A DNA stretch of 64,000 nt, from positions 25,477-89,476 of the forward strand of contig CAKTOT010000001.1 of assembly GCA_934590135.1 (NCBI GenBank), read 5' to 3'. The DNA comes from an uncultured Muribaculaceae bacterium. GTDB taxonomy: Bacteria; Bacteroidota; Bacteroidia; Bacteroidales; Muribaculaceae. Each line of letters begins with the position of its first letter. Position 1 is the first letter of the stretch. A program made the translations under genes and the position numbers. A model generated the notes under the pieces. That model saw only the letters and a program-made list of their open reading frames with translations. It did no database searches and was not told the DNA's origin. Of this stretch, positions 1-9,258 are shown piece after piece.

Positions 1-3000
1 CAGGGAGATGGCGGCTTCGCAAGTGCCGTTGAGGGCTACGGTGACGTTGGTTGCGCCTTGGCTTGACAGCGTGAGGGTAGCCTTGTGCGATCCTTCGGCG
101 GTGGGGGTGTAAGTCACCTTGATTGTACCGGAGCCGCTGATGCTTGTGTTCGAAAGCTTGAACATATTGGCGTTGGCGCCGCTGAGTGTTGCGGTGATAT
201 TGCCTTTGAGATTGGAGCCTTCGACCTTGAGGTCTTTATCTACGGCTACGTTCTTCTTGGAGGTGAAGGACAGCGAGCCGGGGTTGGCACTGATTGAGGG
301 ATCGGGTTCGCCCGGGCCGGTGATGGCCGAGGGGTTCTTGGCCGGCGGATTGCCGTAGGTGTAGTATGCCATACCGTGCTTGGTGGAGAGTACCCATGCT
401 TCCAGGTAGCTGTCGCCATCGGTATTGATCATACAATCGCCGGTGCAATTGGAGTTCTTGGAAGTGTCACCGAGGCCGTCGGAGGGGTATTTGCCGTTTT
501 CGGTGGTGTTGGAGTAGTCTCCGGCATTGTCTCTGACGATGCGCATCTTGGCGCCGGTGTAGTTCTCTGAACCTTCGAATATGAGGTTGATGGCATATTT
601 GCCGCCTTTCCAGTTGAATTCGTGGTGGCTGGCGCCGAAGGTCTTGGAGGCGCAGGTGTTGACACATTGTACGGTGCATGTTCCGCCGCCGGGATTATTG
701 GTCCATACGGGTTGGCTGCTCTTGCCGTCTACCCACCATCCGTTGCCTTTGGGGTATGCGCGGGATGTATCGCCGGTCTTCCATTGCTTGCCGTCTTTGA
801 GGACTTTGGTGTTCTTGGCTTCGGCAATCTTGGTGCCGTTCATGTGGTACTCGACGATGCGGGTGTCGGTGCCGTTGTCGTTGCAGAATGCGATCCAGTA
901 GTCTGAGGGGTATGTGCCGGTAAGCTCCATACAGTCGCCCAGACGAGTGGCACCCTGTATGTCGGTTGTTGACAGCGCCAGTGTGGGATAGCTGTTGTCG
1001 TTGTCCCATGCATATACGCGGAATTCTTCGCCTTGTTTGGCAATATTGCAAGCAAGGATTTTGCCGCCGAGGCATTTGACGTCGCAGAGGGTCAGCGTAC
1101 CGCCTTTGACGATGTCGTTCTTGGGCAGGAAGCCGAGTTTTTCGCCGGTTTGGGCGTTGAGCACGATGATATCGCTGTGGTTGTATACGCCGTAGAGCTT
1201 GCCGTCGTTGTATACAAAGTTGCGGATGTTGGAGGCGTCGTAGCCTTTGGATTCCTTATTGCCTTTCTTCTCGGAGATGTTCCATTTTTCGGAGAGCTTG
1301 CCCAGCGGCGGAGCGGTTACGGTGGCGGTGATGTTGATTATCTTTTCGAGGCTTCCACTCTTGACCTTAACATAGAGTTTGGATTTTACAGCTGTGCCAT
1401 TTTCGCCGTATGTGCCGATTTTGTCGGAGATCTTGAATGTGATGGTGAAAGTGCCGCCGGTTTTTGGCAACGAGCTCACGCTGACGGGGAAACGCCCCGG
1501 GGTGTACGATGCAACGGTGATGTCGCTGCTGAGATCCTTGCCGGTTACCTTAATGGTTGCTGTGGGGTGCTGGTTTTGCTCGCAGGTGAAGTTGACGGAC
1601 GTGGGGCTGACGGTGAGCGTGGGGGTGCTGGTCGAGGGCTTGGAGCCGGTGGCTACGCATCCCCAGTAGAATGTGCCGATGTTTTTGTAGCCGTTGCTAT
1701 ATCCGGGCCAGTCATAGGTTGAGTAACGACCGTCCCAGTTGGGGTAGCTGGCGCCGTTGTAGTCGCCGTAGGGGTCGTGGCAGATAAACGAGCCGGTCTT
1801 GGCCCAAGCGCTGGAGCCGTTGGAGGCGGCAGCCTGGTTGGTACGGAAACCGAGAACCACGTGGCCGCCGGTGCCGTTCTGCAAGCAGATGGTGTACGGG
1901 TCATTGTTGTTGGCCTGGGTGCAGAATGTGCTCCATGACGAGGCAAAAGAGGAGCTCAGGCCGTTGTTCTGATAGAAGCTGGCCATCATTGTGGCGGGCG
2001 AACCCAAGCCCCACATGTATCCGTAGCCGCCGCCTACCGAGCCGTAGTAGGTCGCGCGTTGCGTGAAAGCATATCCTGTGGAGGAGGTGTAGTCGCGCAG
2101 TACTTGCCAGGAGTAGTACACCGTTCCGACGCCGGAGGCGCGCGATGTTACGGCGACTTTGGACAGCTTGCCGCGCCAGCCGAGGTTCATACAGCAGGAC
2201 GAGGGAGCGCAGCATACATAGCCGACGCTGTAGTTGCCGCTATACGATCCCGGGGTGTCCCATACTTGGTTGATGTAGGGGATGGCGAGAAGGCCTATGT
2301 CGTTGCCTTTACGGGAGACGCTGTATTGTGCACGCTGTTCGGGCGATAGTTTCCGTGCCTTGGCGTTATTGGCATTGATATCATCGATGGTGGCCATGGG
2401 CGCGTCGTTACGCGAGAATCCTTTGAAGTTGACGATTCTGCTGCTGCCAATCTGCTCGTTTTCGCCGAAGGATACCAGAGATACCGTACGTGCCGGAGCG
2501 CCGACGAAGTTGGAGGAGGTGCGATAGACGCGTTTTTTCAAGCCGCGCTGTGTGCCTACGGCGTAGGACACTATTAGGGCGTTGCCGTCGGCCAGTACGG
2601 CCACGGGGCATGATGCGTCATTGTCTATGAGTTTGGTGGCATCCGAGCCGTCCCATGCCATACGGTAAGCGGAGGCACCGCTGGAGAGCATTTCGTTGAT
2701 GCGGTTGACTTGGGTGTAGACAATACTCTTGGAGTCGTCGGTCCAGCTGAAGGATGATACTTCGCCGAGGTCGTGGCGCACCTTGGTGGCGGCGTCCATG
2801 GTGAAGAGTTTTCCATTGACGCGCTGTACGGCCAAACGAGATCCGTCGGGGCTCCATACGGGGTTGTATGCGCCGTCACCGCCGGGGATGGTGACGATAT
2901 CACCATCGGCGAGGTTCATCATATAGAAGTCGCCTTCGATGCTGCCGAAAGCGGCCTGAGTGCCGTCGGGACTGATGTTGACGATGTTTACGTAGAATGG

Positions 3001-3492
3001 CATGTCGTACTCGCGGCGTTGTCTGCCGTCGATTTTGCGTACGACAAGTTTTTTGCCGACGGTGTAGCATACGGTGTTATCATCGGCGAAAGAGGGTTGA
3101 CCGCATTGGTCGGTGTAGCTTTCGAGGATGATGCTTCGGCCTGTGGTAACGTCAAGCACCATAGGGGCCTGGTCGGTGTTGTTGTTGATACTCTTGTATC
3201 CGATGTATTGGCCGTCCTTGCTTGCATGGATGTACATGCCGACGCCCGGACCGGATACCATGGGGACCATCTTGCCGTTGCGTATCACGGAGATGTCCTT
3301 GCCACGATCGGTGGTGACCACGATGCCTGCGCGGGTGTTCAGCATATTGCTGACATATCCGTGCGAAGCGGCATCGTAGAAGGTGATGCCTTGCTTGGCT
3401 TCGGTGGTGACGGCTGCGGAGGCGCTGATTGTGGTGGCCAAGGCGGCGGCGATGCCGAAGACACGGAGGCTGAATTTTGCTTTCAGAATCAT
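1..3492 (-). CDS. Secreted multidomain protein, 3' end beyond the window: signal peptide, TolB/PD40-like beta-propeller, C39-like papain-fold cysteine peptidase, then Ig-like and further beta-rich domains
   Basis: Absent from the ORF track because no stop lies inside the window. The reverse complement from 3492 reads ATG ATT CTG AAA = MILKAKFSLRVFGIAAALATTISASAAVTTEAK (signal peptide). I checked plus-strand frame-1 triplets over 1-720 and spot regions near 2200 and 2620 and found no TTA/CTA/TCA. Motifs: YNPVWSPDGSRLAV (PD40-type), and GYVCCAPSSCCMNLGW ... GGHVVLGF ... ICHDPYG (Cys/His/Asp order as in C39-like peptidases). The plus-strand ORFs here look like antisense shadows. Confidence 0.75.
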   Translation of the reverse strand, partial: MILKAKFSLRVFGIAAALATTISASAAVTTEAKQGITFYDAASHGYVSNMLNTRAGIVVTTDRGKDISVIRNGKMVPMVSGPGVGMYIHASKDGQYIGYKSINNNTDQAPMVLDVTTGRSIILESYTDQCGQPSFADDNTVCYTVGKKLVVRKIDGRQRREYDMPFYVNIVNISPDGTQAAFGSIEGDFYMMNLADGDIVTIPGGDGAYNPVWSPDGSRLAVQRVNGKLFTMDAATKVRHDLGEVSSFSWTDDSKSIVYTQVNRINEMLSSGASAYRMAWDGSDATKLIDNDASCPVAVLADGNALIVSYAVGTQRGLKKRVYRTSSNFVGAPARTVSLVSFGENEQIGSSRIVNFKGFSRNDAPMATIDDINANNAKARKLSPEQRAQYSVSRKGNDIGLLAIPYINQVWDTPGSYSGNYSVGYVCCAPSSCCMNLGWRGKLSKVAVTSRASGVGTVYYSWQVLRDYTSSTGYAFTQRATYYGSVGGGYGYMWGLGSPATMMASFYQNNGLSSSFASSWSTFCTQANNNDPYTICLQNGTGGHVVLGFRTNQAAASNGSSAWAKTGSFICHDPYGDYNGASYPNWDGRYSTYDWPGYSNGYKNIGTFYWGCVATGSKPSTSTPTLTVSPTSVNFTCEQNQHPTATIKVTGKDLSSDITVASYTPGRFPVSVSSLPKTGGTFTITFKISDKIGTYGENGTAVKSKLYVKVKSGSLEKIINITATVTAPPLGKLSEKWNISEKKGNKESKGYDASNIRNFVYNDGKLYGVYNHSDIIVLNAQTGEKLGFLPKNDIVKGGTLTLCDVKCLGGKILACNIAKQGEEFRVYAWDNDNSYPTLALSTTDIQGATRLGDCMELTGTYPSDYWIAFCNDNGTDTRIVEYHMNGTKIAEAKNTKVLKDGKQWKTGDTSRAYPKGNGWWVDGKSSQPVWTNNPGGGTCTVQCVNTCASKTFGASHHEFNWKGGKYAINLIFEGSENYTGAKMRIVRDNAGDYSNTTENGKYPSDGLGDTSKNSNCTGDCMINTDGDSYLEAWVLSTKHGMAYYTYGNPPAKNPSAITGPGEPDPSISANPGSLSFTSKKNVAVDKDLKVEGSNLKGNITATLSGANANMFKLSNTSISGSGTIKVTYTPTAEGSHKATLTLSSQGATNVTVALNGTCEAAISL

Positions 3493-3831
3493 AAGATGCT
3501 GGTTGTTAGGATTGTTTGTATATTAGGTTGATATATTCAATCGAATGTGTGCGTCCGAAGCGTTCTTTCTCCGGATGCTGAGATGCTGTGGTCTTGAAGG
3601 TGTCTGTGTTGGTTTTTGCCGGATAAAGACGTCGGCTCAAGAGGCTGTGGCTTCGCGGTCGTTTCATGGCGGTGCGGACAATAACAACTGTCGGAAGTAA
3701 CAGGGGGTTCGGTCACAATAATAATTGTGAATATCATAGAATGCAGACTGCGTATGCTTGATGTGCAGTGCTTTGCGACTGAAGCCGCAGCGTATGCCGA
3801 TCTCTGTCGGGACAAGTGACAACATACGGCA

Positions 3832-3839
3832 CAAAGTTA
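3832..3839 (-). promoter_or_regulatory. Candidate Bacteroides-type -7 promoter box (TAACTTTG)
   Basis: Exact TAnnTTTG match on the minus strand, in intergenic DNA 340 nt upstream of the ATG at 3492. A 6-specified-base motif is expected by chance about once per 4 kb per strand, so this is only suggestive. Confidence 0.35.
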
Positions 3840-3911
3840 CGCATTTTTTCACGTAGTTGGCTGTGATTTTCGTAAAAAATGCGTTACTTTGCACAAATAT
3901 TATTAGAAAAA

Positions 3912-4529
3912 ATGGATTTCGAATTGGATATGCGAGTTCTGACCCTCGACATGGGCGTGGTCGAGTGGTGCGGTCGCGAGCTTGAGACTAAGGCTCGGGA
4001 TTTTGACCCGGAGTTGATTATAGCCATTGCGCGCGGCGGTGTCACCTTTGCCAAGTATATGTTTGAAGATGTCCCGCACTTGGACGTAGATATACATCGT
4101 CCGTCGACAAAATGGAAGCGCAAGATGCGTTCGCTGATGCGGATGACGCGTTTTCTGCCTCGATGGATAGGTGATGAATTGCGCATAGTAGAGGCCAAGC
4201 GTCTGGCCAAGCACAAGCCGCGTGCCATAGTGGCGACACCCGAGGCGGTGAAGGAGATGCTGGATGCGGCTCAGTACGCCACGCGTATCTTGGTGGTGGA
4301 CGATGCCGTCGATTCGGGAGCTACGCTTCGTGCCGTTTTTGATGCCTTGAAGGATTGCGGCGCCGAGGTTCGCGGTGCATCCATAGCCTTGACTCGCCCC
4401 GACCCGGTGGCTTTTCCGTATTACCATATTTTCCAACCGGGGACGCTGGTGCGTTTTCCGTGGTCTGCCGACGCACGCCGACGCCAGCTTACGCCGCGAT
4501 ATATGCAATGGCAACAAAAACGGAAATAG
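3912..4529 (+). CDS. Phosphoribosyltransferase-domain protein
   Basis: PRPP-binding loop ILVVDDAVDSGATL, preceded by IIAIARGG. The track ORF starts at 3879. I prefer the ATG at 3912 (MDFELD) because a near-consensus -7 box (TTACTTTG, 3884-3891) overlaps the longer start. Confidence 0.65.
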   Translation: MDFELDMRVLTLDMGVVEWCGRELETKARDFDPELIIAIARGGVTFAKYMFEDVPHLDVDIHRPSTKWKRKMRSLMRMTRFLPRWIGDELRIVEAKRLAKHKPRAIVATPEAVKEMLDAAQYATRILVVDDAVDSGATLRAVFDALKDCGAEVRGASIALTRPDPVAFPYYHIFQPGTLVRFPWSADARRRQLTPRYMQWQQKRK

Positions 4530-5104
4530 ACATTTACGACTTGGATGAGACACTGTTGCGCGGCAACAGCACTCGTCTGTTTCTGGATACGCTGCTGCGT
4601 GTGTCCTTTCGACGTTGGCAGACGTTCACGTGGTTACGCACGGCCATGGCGGCTGCGTTGCGCCTGTCGCGAGCCATAAGCCATCGTCGTTACAAGTGGT
4701 TGCTGTGGCATGCTGCCACCGGGCTGTCGCAAGGTGCCGCCGCCGATTTTCGCGAAGAGTATGCACGTCGTTTTATGAAGATGCTGCGTCCGTCAATTCT
4801 GAAGGCTTTAGAGCGGTCGCGTCGCGACCGACACCATGTCTTGATTGCCACGGCTGCGTATGTCGAGGTGCCGGATCTGCTGCACGATCTTATAGACGGT
4901 TCGGTGGCCACAGAGACGGCGACAGTGGCCAAATATAGAGATTATGTGGAATGTCGTGGAAACGAAAAGGCACGTCGTGCACTCCGATATGTCGAGGAAC
5001 GCGATGCCACAGTCAGCATCATTTACACCGACGGCAAGGATGACGCTCCACTGATGGCCGCCTTCCCCAAATCGTTGCATTGCATAGTTTTGCCTAACAG
5101 CTGA
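4508..5104 (+). CDS. HAD-IB-like hydrolase/phosphatase
   Basis: The internal ATG at 4508 gives MATKTEIDIYDLDETLL (HAD motif I, DxDxT). The C-terminal YTDGKDDAPLM resembles HAD motif IV. The track extension from 4355 is Arg/Pro-rich and overlaps the previous gene. Confidence 0.6.
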   Translation: MATKTEIDIYDLDETLLRGNSTRLFLDTLLRVSFRRWQTFTWLRTAMAAALRLSRAISHRRYKWLLWHAATGLSQGAAADFREEYARRFMKMLRPSILKALERSRRDRHHVLIATAAYVEVPDLLHDLIDGSVATETATVAKYRDYVECRGNEKARRALRYVEERDATVSIIYTDGKDDAPLMAAFPKSLHCIVLPNS

Positions 5105-6059
5105 CGACGACAGCCACGATTACAAACCCCAGTGCGTAGGCCAGCATCAAGGCTGCCGTGGCGCCCAAGAGGGGATTGAGTCGAGCGCCGCGCCGTACGC
5201 TCAGTATTGCCCAAAGTAGTGTGTGTATGGCGGCATAGGCCACCGGAACAACCCAAGCAGCACCGCCGATAGCGGCCCACAGCGGCGACATAAGCAGCAC
5301 CGCTCCCCATCCGCACAGAAGGTATAGTATTGATGTCACTCGGCGACCCAAGACTACGGCCAGGGTGTGCTTGGCCACGGCGCGGTCGTCGTCTCGGTCG
5401 CGGTAGTTGTTGACGATAAGGACATTGGCACCCATGAGACCGATAGCTACGGATCCGCGAAAGACATTCGCATCAAAGGCTCCGGCTTGGACGTAGTATG
5501 TCAGATTGACGGGGATGATGCCGAAAAATGCTATGACGGCCACTTCGCCCAGACAGTGTCGGGAAAGCGGCCATGGTCCGGCGCTGTAAGCCAGTGCGGC
5601 CGCAGCTATGCCTATTCCGGCGGGCACAAGCCACCATCCTCCCCAATACACCAGACACAACCCGATGGCGCATGCGCAGGCCAGTACGGCGTAAGTGGCT
5701 ACGGCCATGGCTCGCGGGGTGATGTCGCCTTCGGTGACGCCGCGGCGCGGCCCTTGGCGTCCGCGTCGATCGAGCCCGGCACGAAAGTCGTAATATTCGT
5801 TGGCAAAATTCGAGGCTATCTGCGCCAGTATTGCAAATATCAGGCACAGCAACGCTTGCGCCGGGCCGAAGGTGCCGTGTAGTATCGCATAGGCACAGGC
5901 TGCGCATACTCCGGAGACGGATACGGGCAGTGTCCGCAGGCGCATGGCTTCTACCCAGCAGGCTACGGCCGAGCGGCGGCGTGTGTCGGCAGGTGCTTCG
6001 GCGGTGTGTATGTCGGCGTTATCTCCTTTGACGCTTTTGTTTGTATTGTCGCAAGTCAT
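5094..6059 (-). CDS. menA: 1,4-dihydroxy-2-naphthoate polyprenyltransferase (UbiA superfamily, MenA)
   Basis: UbiA motifs NEYYDFRAGLD and NNYRDRDDD, polytopic hydrophobic sequence. The start is set at the ATG at 6059 (MTCDNTN). The track start at 6143 is a TTG directly abutting the obg stop. The 3' end overlaps the convergent HAD gene by 11 nt. Confidence 0.8.
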   Translation of the reverse strand: MTCDNTNKSVKGDNADIHTAEAPADTRRRSAVACWVEAMRLRTLPVSVSGVCAACAYAILHGTFGPAQALLCLIFAILAQIASNFANEYYDFRAGLDRRGRQGPRRGVTEGDITPRAMAVATYAVLACACAIGLCLVYWGGWWLVPAGIGIAAAALAYSAGPWPLSRHCLGEVAVIAFFGIIPVNLTYYVQAGAFDANVFRGSVAIGLMGANVLIVNNYRDRDDDRAVAKHTLAVVLGRRVTSILYLLCGWGAVLLMSPLWAAIGGAAWVVPVAYAAIHTLLWAILSVRRGARLNPLLGATAALMLAYALGFVIVAVVVSC

Positions 6060-6143
6060 ATTTGTGTCAGTGATGCAGGGAGGCTTTCCCGAGCGGATGT
6101 CCCTATGGGGCGTTGTCTCACAGTCGGATATAAGTCTGCACAA

Positions 6144-7388
6144 TCAGCCTTTGTCGTCGCTGTCGTCGCTGTCGGGTATGAAGTTTTCGTCCATGGCGGC
6201 GGCTTCGTCCCACGCCTCGGGGCTGATAGTGCGCAGGTCTTCGCCTTCGTCCTCGTATTCGTCGGCGAAGTAGTAGCGATACTCCGGGTCTACGTAGTCG
6301 GCATTATTGGCGAAAATGAAGGCGTCTTCCTGCGGGTCGCGATGACTCTCGTCGAGGTCGCGGGTGGCAATACCGGGCGTAGCCAGGCGGTTGGCGTCAT
6401 CGGTGACGGCGCGCCACAGCATATCTTTGAGCTCGGTGATACCTTGGCCGGTGACGGCGCTGATAAATACGTGTGGGATATCCGCCGGCAGTGTCTCGGA
6501 TATGGCTTGCATCAATTCATCGTCCAGCATGTCGCTTTTGCTGACGGCCAATACGCGGTGTTTGTCCACCAACTGGGGGTTGAATTGCTGCAGTTCGCGC
6601 AACAGGATGTTGTATTGCTCGGTGATGTCATCGGCGTCGGCCGGGACCATAAATAGCAGTACGGCGTTGCGCTCGATGTGCCTCAAAAAGCGCAGTCCCA
6701 GGCCGCGACCTTCGCTGGCGCCCTCGATGATGCCAGGAATGTCGGCCATGACAAAGGAGCGTCCGTCGCGATATTCGACGATGCCCAACTGAGGTTCCAT
6801 GGTTGTGAACGGATAGTCGGCAATCTTGGGGCGGGCGGCGCTGACGGCGCTTAGCAGTGTCGATTTGCCGGCATTGGGGAAACCTACAAGACCTACATCG
6901 GCCAGCAGTTTGAGTTCGAGTACGATGTTTTTTTCGATGCCGGGTTCGCCGGGTTGGGCGTGTCGCGGCGTGCGGTTGGTGGCGCTTTTGAAGTGCCAGT
7001 TGCCCAGGCCGCCTCGACCGCCGCGCAACAGCTTGACTTGTTGTTCGTCATCGCGCACTTCGGCCAGATATTGACCGGTGTCGGCATCGTAGACGACGGT
7101 GCCGCAGGGGACGTTGATGATGACGTCCTCGCCGTCGCAACCGCTGCTGCGGTTTTCGGAGCCGCGTTGGCCGTCGCCGGCAAATATATGGCGTCTGAAT
7201 TTGAGCGGCAATAGAGTCCACATGTGTCTGTCGCCGCGCAATATGATGTGTCCGCCACGTCCGCCGTCGCCGCCGTCAGGTCCGCCCTTGGGGACGTATT
7301 TGGCGCGATGAAAGTGCAGCGAGCCGGCTCCGCCTTTGCCGGAGCGACATTGTATTTTTACGTAGTCTATGAAATTTGATTCGGGCAT
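6144..7388 (-). CDS. obg: GTPase Obg/CgtA
   Basis: N-terminal Obg fold [42 protein letters not shown] motifs GFPNAGKST and DIPG. Acidic C-terminal tail. Confidence 0.95.
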   Translation of the reverse strand: MPESNFIDYVKIQCRSGKGGAGSLHFHRAKYVPKGGPDGGDGGRGGHIILRGDRHMWTLLPLKFRRHIFAGDGQRGSENRSSGCDGEDVIINVPCGTVVYDADTGQYLAEVRDDEQQVKLLRGGRGGLGNWHFKSATNRTPRHAQPGEPGIEKNIVLELKLLADVGLVGFPNAGKSTLLSAVSAARPKIADYPFTTMEPQLGIVEYRDGRSFVMADIPGIIEGASEGRGLGLRFLRHIERNAVLLFMVPADADDITEQYNILLRELQQFNPQLVDKHRVLAVSKSDMLDDELMQAISETLPADIPHVFISAVTGQGITELKDMLWRAVTDDANRLATPGIATRDLDESHRDPQEDAFIFANNADYVDPEYRYYFADEYEDEGEDLRTISPEAWDEAAAMDENFIPDSDDSDDKG

Positions 7389-7434
7389 ATCGTGTCTTGT
7401 TTGTATAGTTGTGTGTGTCTGCCAACGCCGTTTG

Positions 7435-8535
7435 TCATCCCATACGGCTGTCGTTGAGGCGTCGGTGGTTTTCCATCAGTCGGCAGGCTTGGGCAAAGTC
7501 GGCGGGGGTGCCTATGTCCATCCAGATGCCGTCCACGGGGTAGTAGGTGACGCGTCGGCCCGAGGCTATGGCATCGGCCACGAGGTCGGTGGCATCGGTA
7601 CGGCGTGAGGCATCGAGTGAGGTGAGCAAGTCGTTGGATATGAGGTATATTCCGGCGTTGGCGTAGTGGGTATACGATGGCTTTTCTTCGATACCGTGTA
7701 CCATGCCGGCATCGTCTGCGGCAAGTATGGCAAAGGGCACGGAGACTTGGTAGGATATGGCGGCTATGGTGATGTCGGCGTCGGTGTCTATGTGCCGCAG
7801 GTACATTTGCTCGAAGGATACGGTGGTGAGCAGGTCGCTGTTCATGACCAGTGTCGTTCCGCCGGGAGCGTGGTCTACGAGCGCGGCGGCGCCTATGGTG
7901 CCCATGGGGAATGTCTCGCGGATGCAGCGTACGCGCACGCCCTCGGGGGCGTTGGCGCCCTCGGCAAAGTGCGCGTCCAATTGTTCGGCCAGGTATCCCG
8001 TGGTGACGGTGATGTCGGTGATGCCGGCGGCGGCCAGTGCCTCGATGTTGTAGTCGATGATGGCGCGGTCGCCCACGTGCAGCAGCGGCTTGGGGGTGTC
8101 ATTGGTGAGCGGACGCAGTCGCTCGCCTTTGCCTCCGGCCATAAGTATGGCGCTGACAGGTAGGCAGGTGGAGGTGCGACGCAGGTCGATGATGCGAAGT
8201 AGGCGTTTGGTGCTGTCCAGCACCGGCACCAGTGTGATGCCGCGGCTGCGCATCCGGGCTATTTGGCGCACATCGGGGCGTGTCTCGGCGTCAATGTACC
8301 CAAATCCGGTATGTGCGGCTTCGGTGACCGGGGCGTCTGTGCCTATGCCTTCGCATAGGGCGCGACGTATATCGCCGTCGGTGAGCGTTCCGATGACGGC
8401 GCCGCCGGCATCGACTACAAAGAGGGTCATGGCTTCGCCGGAGAGTCGGTTGAGGCGTTGCAGGGCCGTAAGTATGGGCGCTTGCGCGTCTATGATATGG
8501 CGCTGTATATCGGTCGGGGATACTGGCGTATTCAT
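7435..8535 (-). CDS. CBS-pair plus sugar-phosphate nucleotidyltransferase (PtmE-like architecture)
   Basis: The ATG at 8535 (MNTPVSPT) overlaps the upstream stop by 4 nt (ATGA). A CBS region is followed by [23 protein letters not shown], the NTP-transferase signature. Confidence 0.8.
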   Translation of the reverse strand: MNTPVSPTDIQRHIIDAQAPILTALQRLNRLSGEAMTLFVVDAGGAVIGTLTDGDIRRALCEGIGTDAPVTEAAHTGFGYIDAETRPDVRQIARMRSRGITLVPVLDSTKRLLRIIDLRRTSTCLPVSAILMAGGKGERLRPLTNDTPKPLLHVGDRAIIDYNIEALAAAGITDITVTTGYLAEQLDAHFAEGANAPEGVRVRCIRETFPMGTIGAAALVDHAPGGTTLVMNSDLLTTVSFEQMYLRHIDTDADITIAAISYQVSVPFAILAADDAGMVHGIEEKPSYTHYANAGIYLISNDLLTSLDASRRTDATDLVADAIASGRRVTYYPVDGIWMDIGTPADFAQACRLMENHRRLNDSRMG

Positions 8536-9242
8536 TGGCGTAATTCGTTGATAAGGGTTTCGGCTATGGCCCAATCTCGCGGGGTGTCCAGGTCGATGCT
8601 TCGTGCGGCGTCCATTTGCAGCGGCAGTCGGCGGCGCATTTTCAGCATGGGCGTGGTACGTACGGCTTCGGGATTGATGACGTATACGGCACCGTTGTAT
8701 TGCCACACGGTAGGGGCGTCCTGACGCCGAGTGTACCGCCCGTCGCCCTTGCTGACGTGCAGATAACCGGCGCTGTCACACTCCATAAGGTCGTAATAGG
8801 GATTGGCCTCGGAGGGGCATACGGATACCACCATATCGCAAGTGCCGTGTGCTTCGGCGTACATTGCCAGGCCTCGGCGTATATCTTCCGGGCGGCGTAG
8901 CGGCGAAGTGGGCTGGAGCAGCACCACGCAGTCATAGGCTATGCCGAGGCTGTCGGCGTAGTCCATGGCGTCGATGATGACGTCTTGTGTGGCGGCGGTG
9001 TCCGTGGCCAGGGCTTCGGGTCGTCGGCGTATGGTGATGTCGTCGGCAGCGGCGAGTGCCACCTCGGCGATGTGGGTATCATCGGTGCTGACTATGATTC
9101 GCCGATGATTGTCGGTGAGGGCCAGGGCGTTGGCGATGGCGTAGTGTATCAATGGCTTTCCTCCAAGTTCTTTGATGTTCTTGTGGGGGATGCCTTTGCT
9201 GCCTCCGCGTGCGGGGATGATGTATATCGGATTGGTGTCCAT
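8532..9242 (-). CDS. neuA: Acylneuraminate (nonulosonate) cytidylyltransferase, NeuA/LegF-like
   Basis: N-terminal IIPARGGSKGIPHKNIKELGGKPLI is the CMP-NeuAc synthetase family signature. About 236 aa. Confidence 0.85.
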   Translation of the reverse strand: MDTNPIYIIPARGGSKGIPHKNIKELGGKPLIHYAIANALALTDNHRRIIVSTDDTHIAEVALAAADDITIRRRPEALATDTAATQDVIIDAMDYADSLGIAYDCVVLLQPTSPLRRPEDIRRGLAMYAEAHGTCDMVVSVCPSEANPYYDLMECDSAGYLHVSKGDGRYTRRQDAPTVWQYNGAVYVINPEAVRTTPMLKMRRRLPLQMDAARSIDLDTPRDWAIAETLINELRQ

Positions 9243-9258
9243 GTGGTGTTCCCTGCTG

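Noticed and set aside
1033-3531. Plus-strand ORFs 1033-1722 (229 aa) and 2773-3531 (252 aa), plus the many shorter ORFs across 85-3531
   Set aside because: Their translations are low-complexity and Gly/Val/Ala/Asp-rich, typical of antisense frames of a GC-rich gene. A continuous, motif-bearing minus-strand frame (1-3492) explains the region.
3884-3891. TTACTTTG as a plus-strand promoter for the phosphoribosyltransferase gene
   Set aside because: It has one mismatch to TAnnTTTG at the second position. I used it only as weak support for choosing the 3912 start and do not list it as a feature.
5094-5104. 11-nt convergent overlap of the HAD and menA 3' ends, and the several ATGA/GTGA start-stop overlaps (8532, 23302, 30365, 45960, 63375), as something unusual
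   Set aside because: Such overlaps are common in compact bacterial operons. I note them as evidence for start-site choice and translational coupling only.
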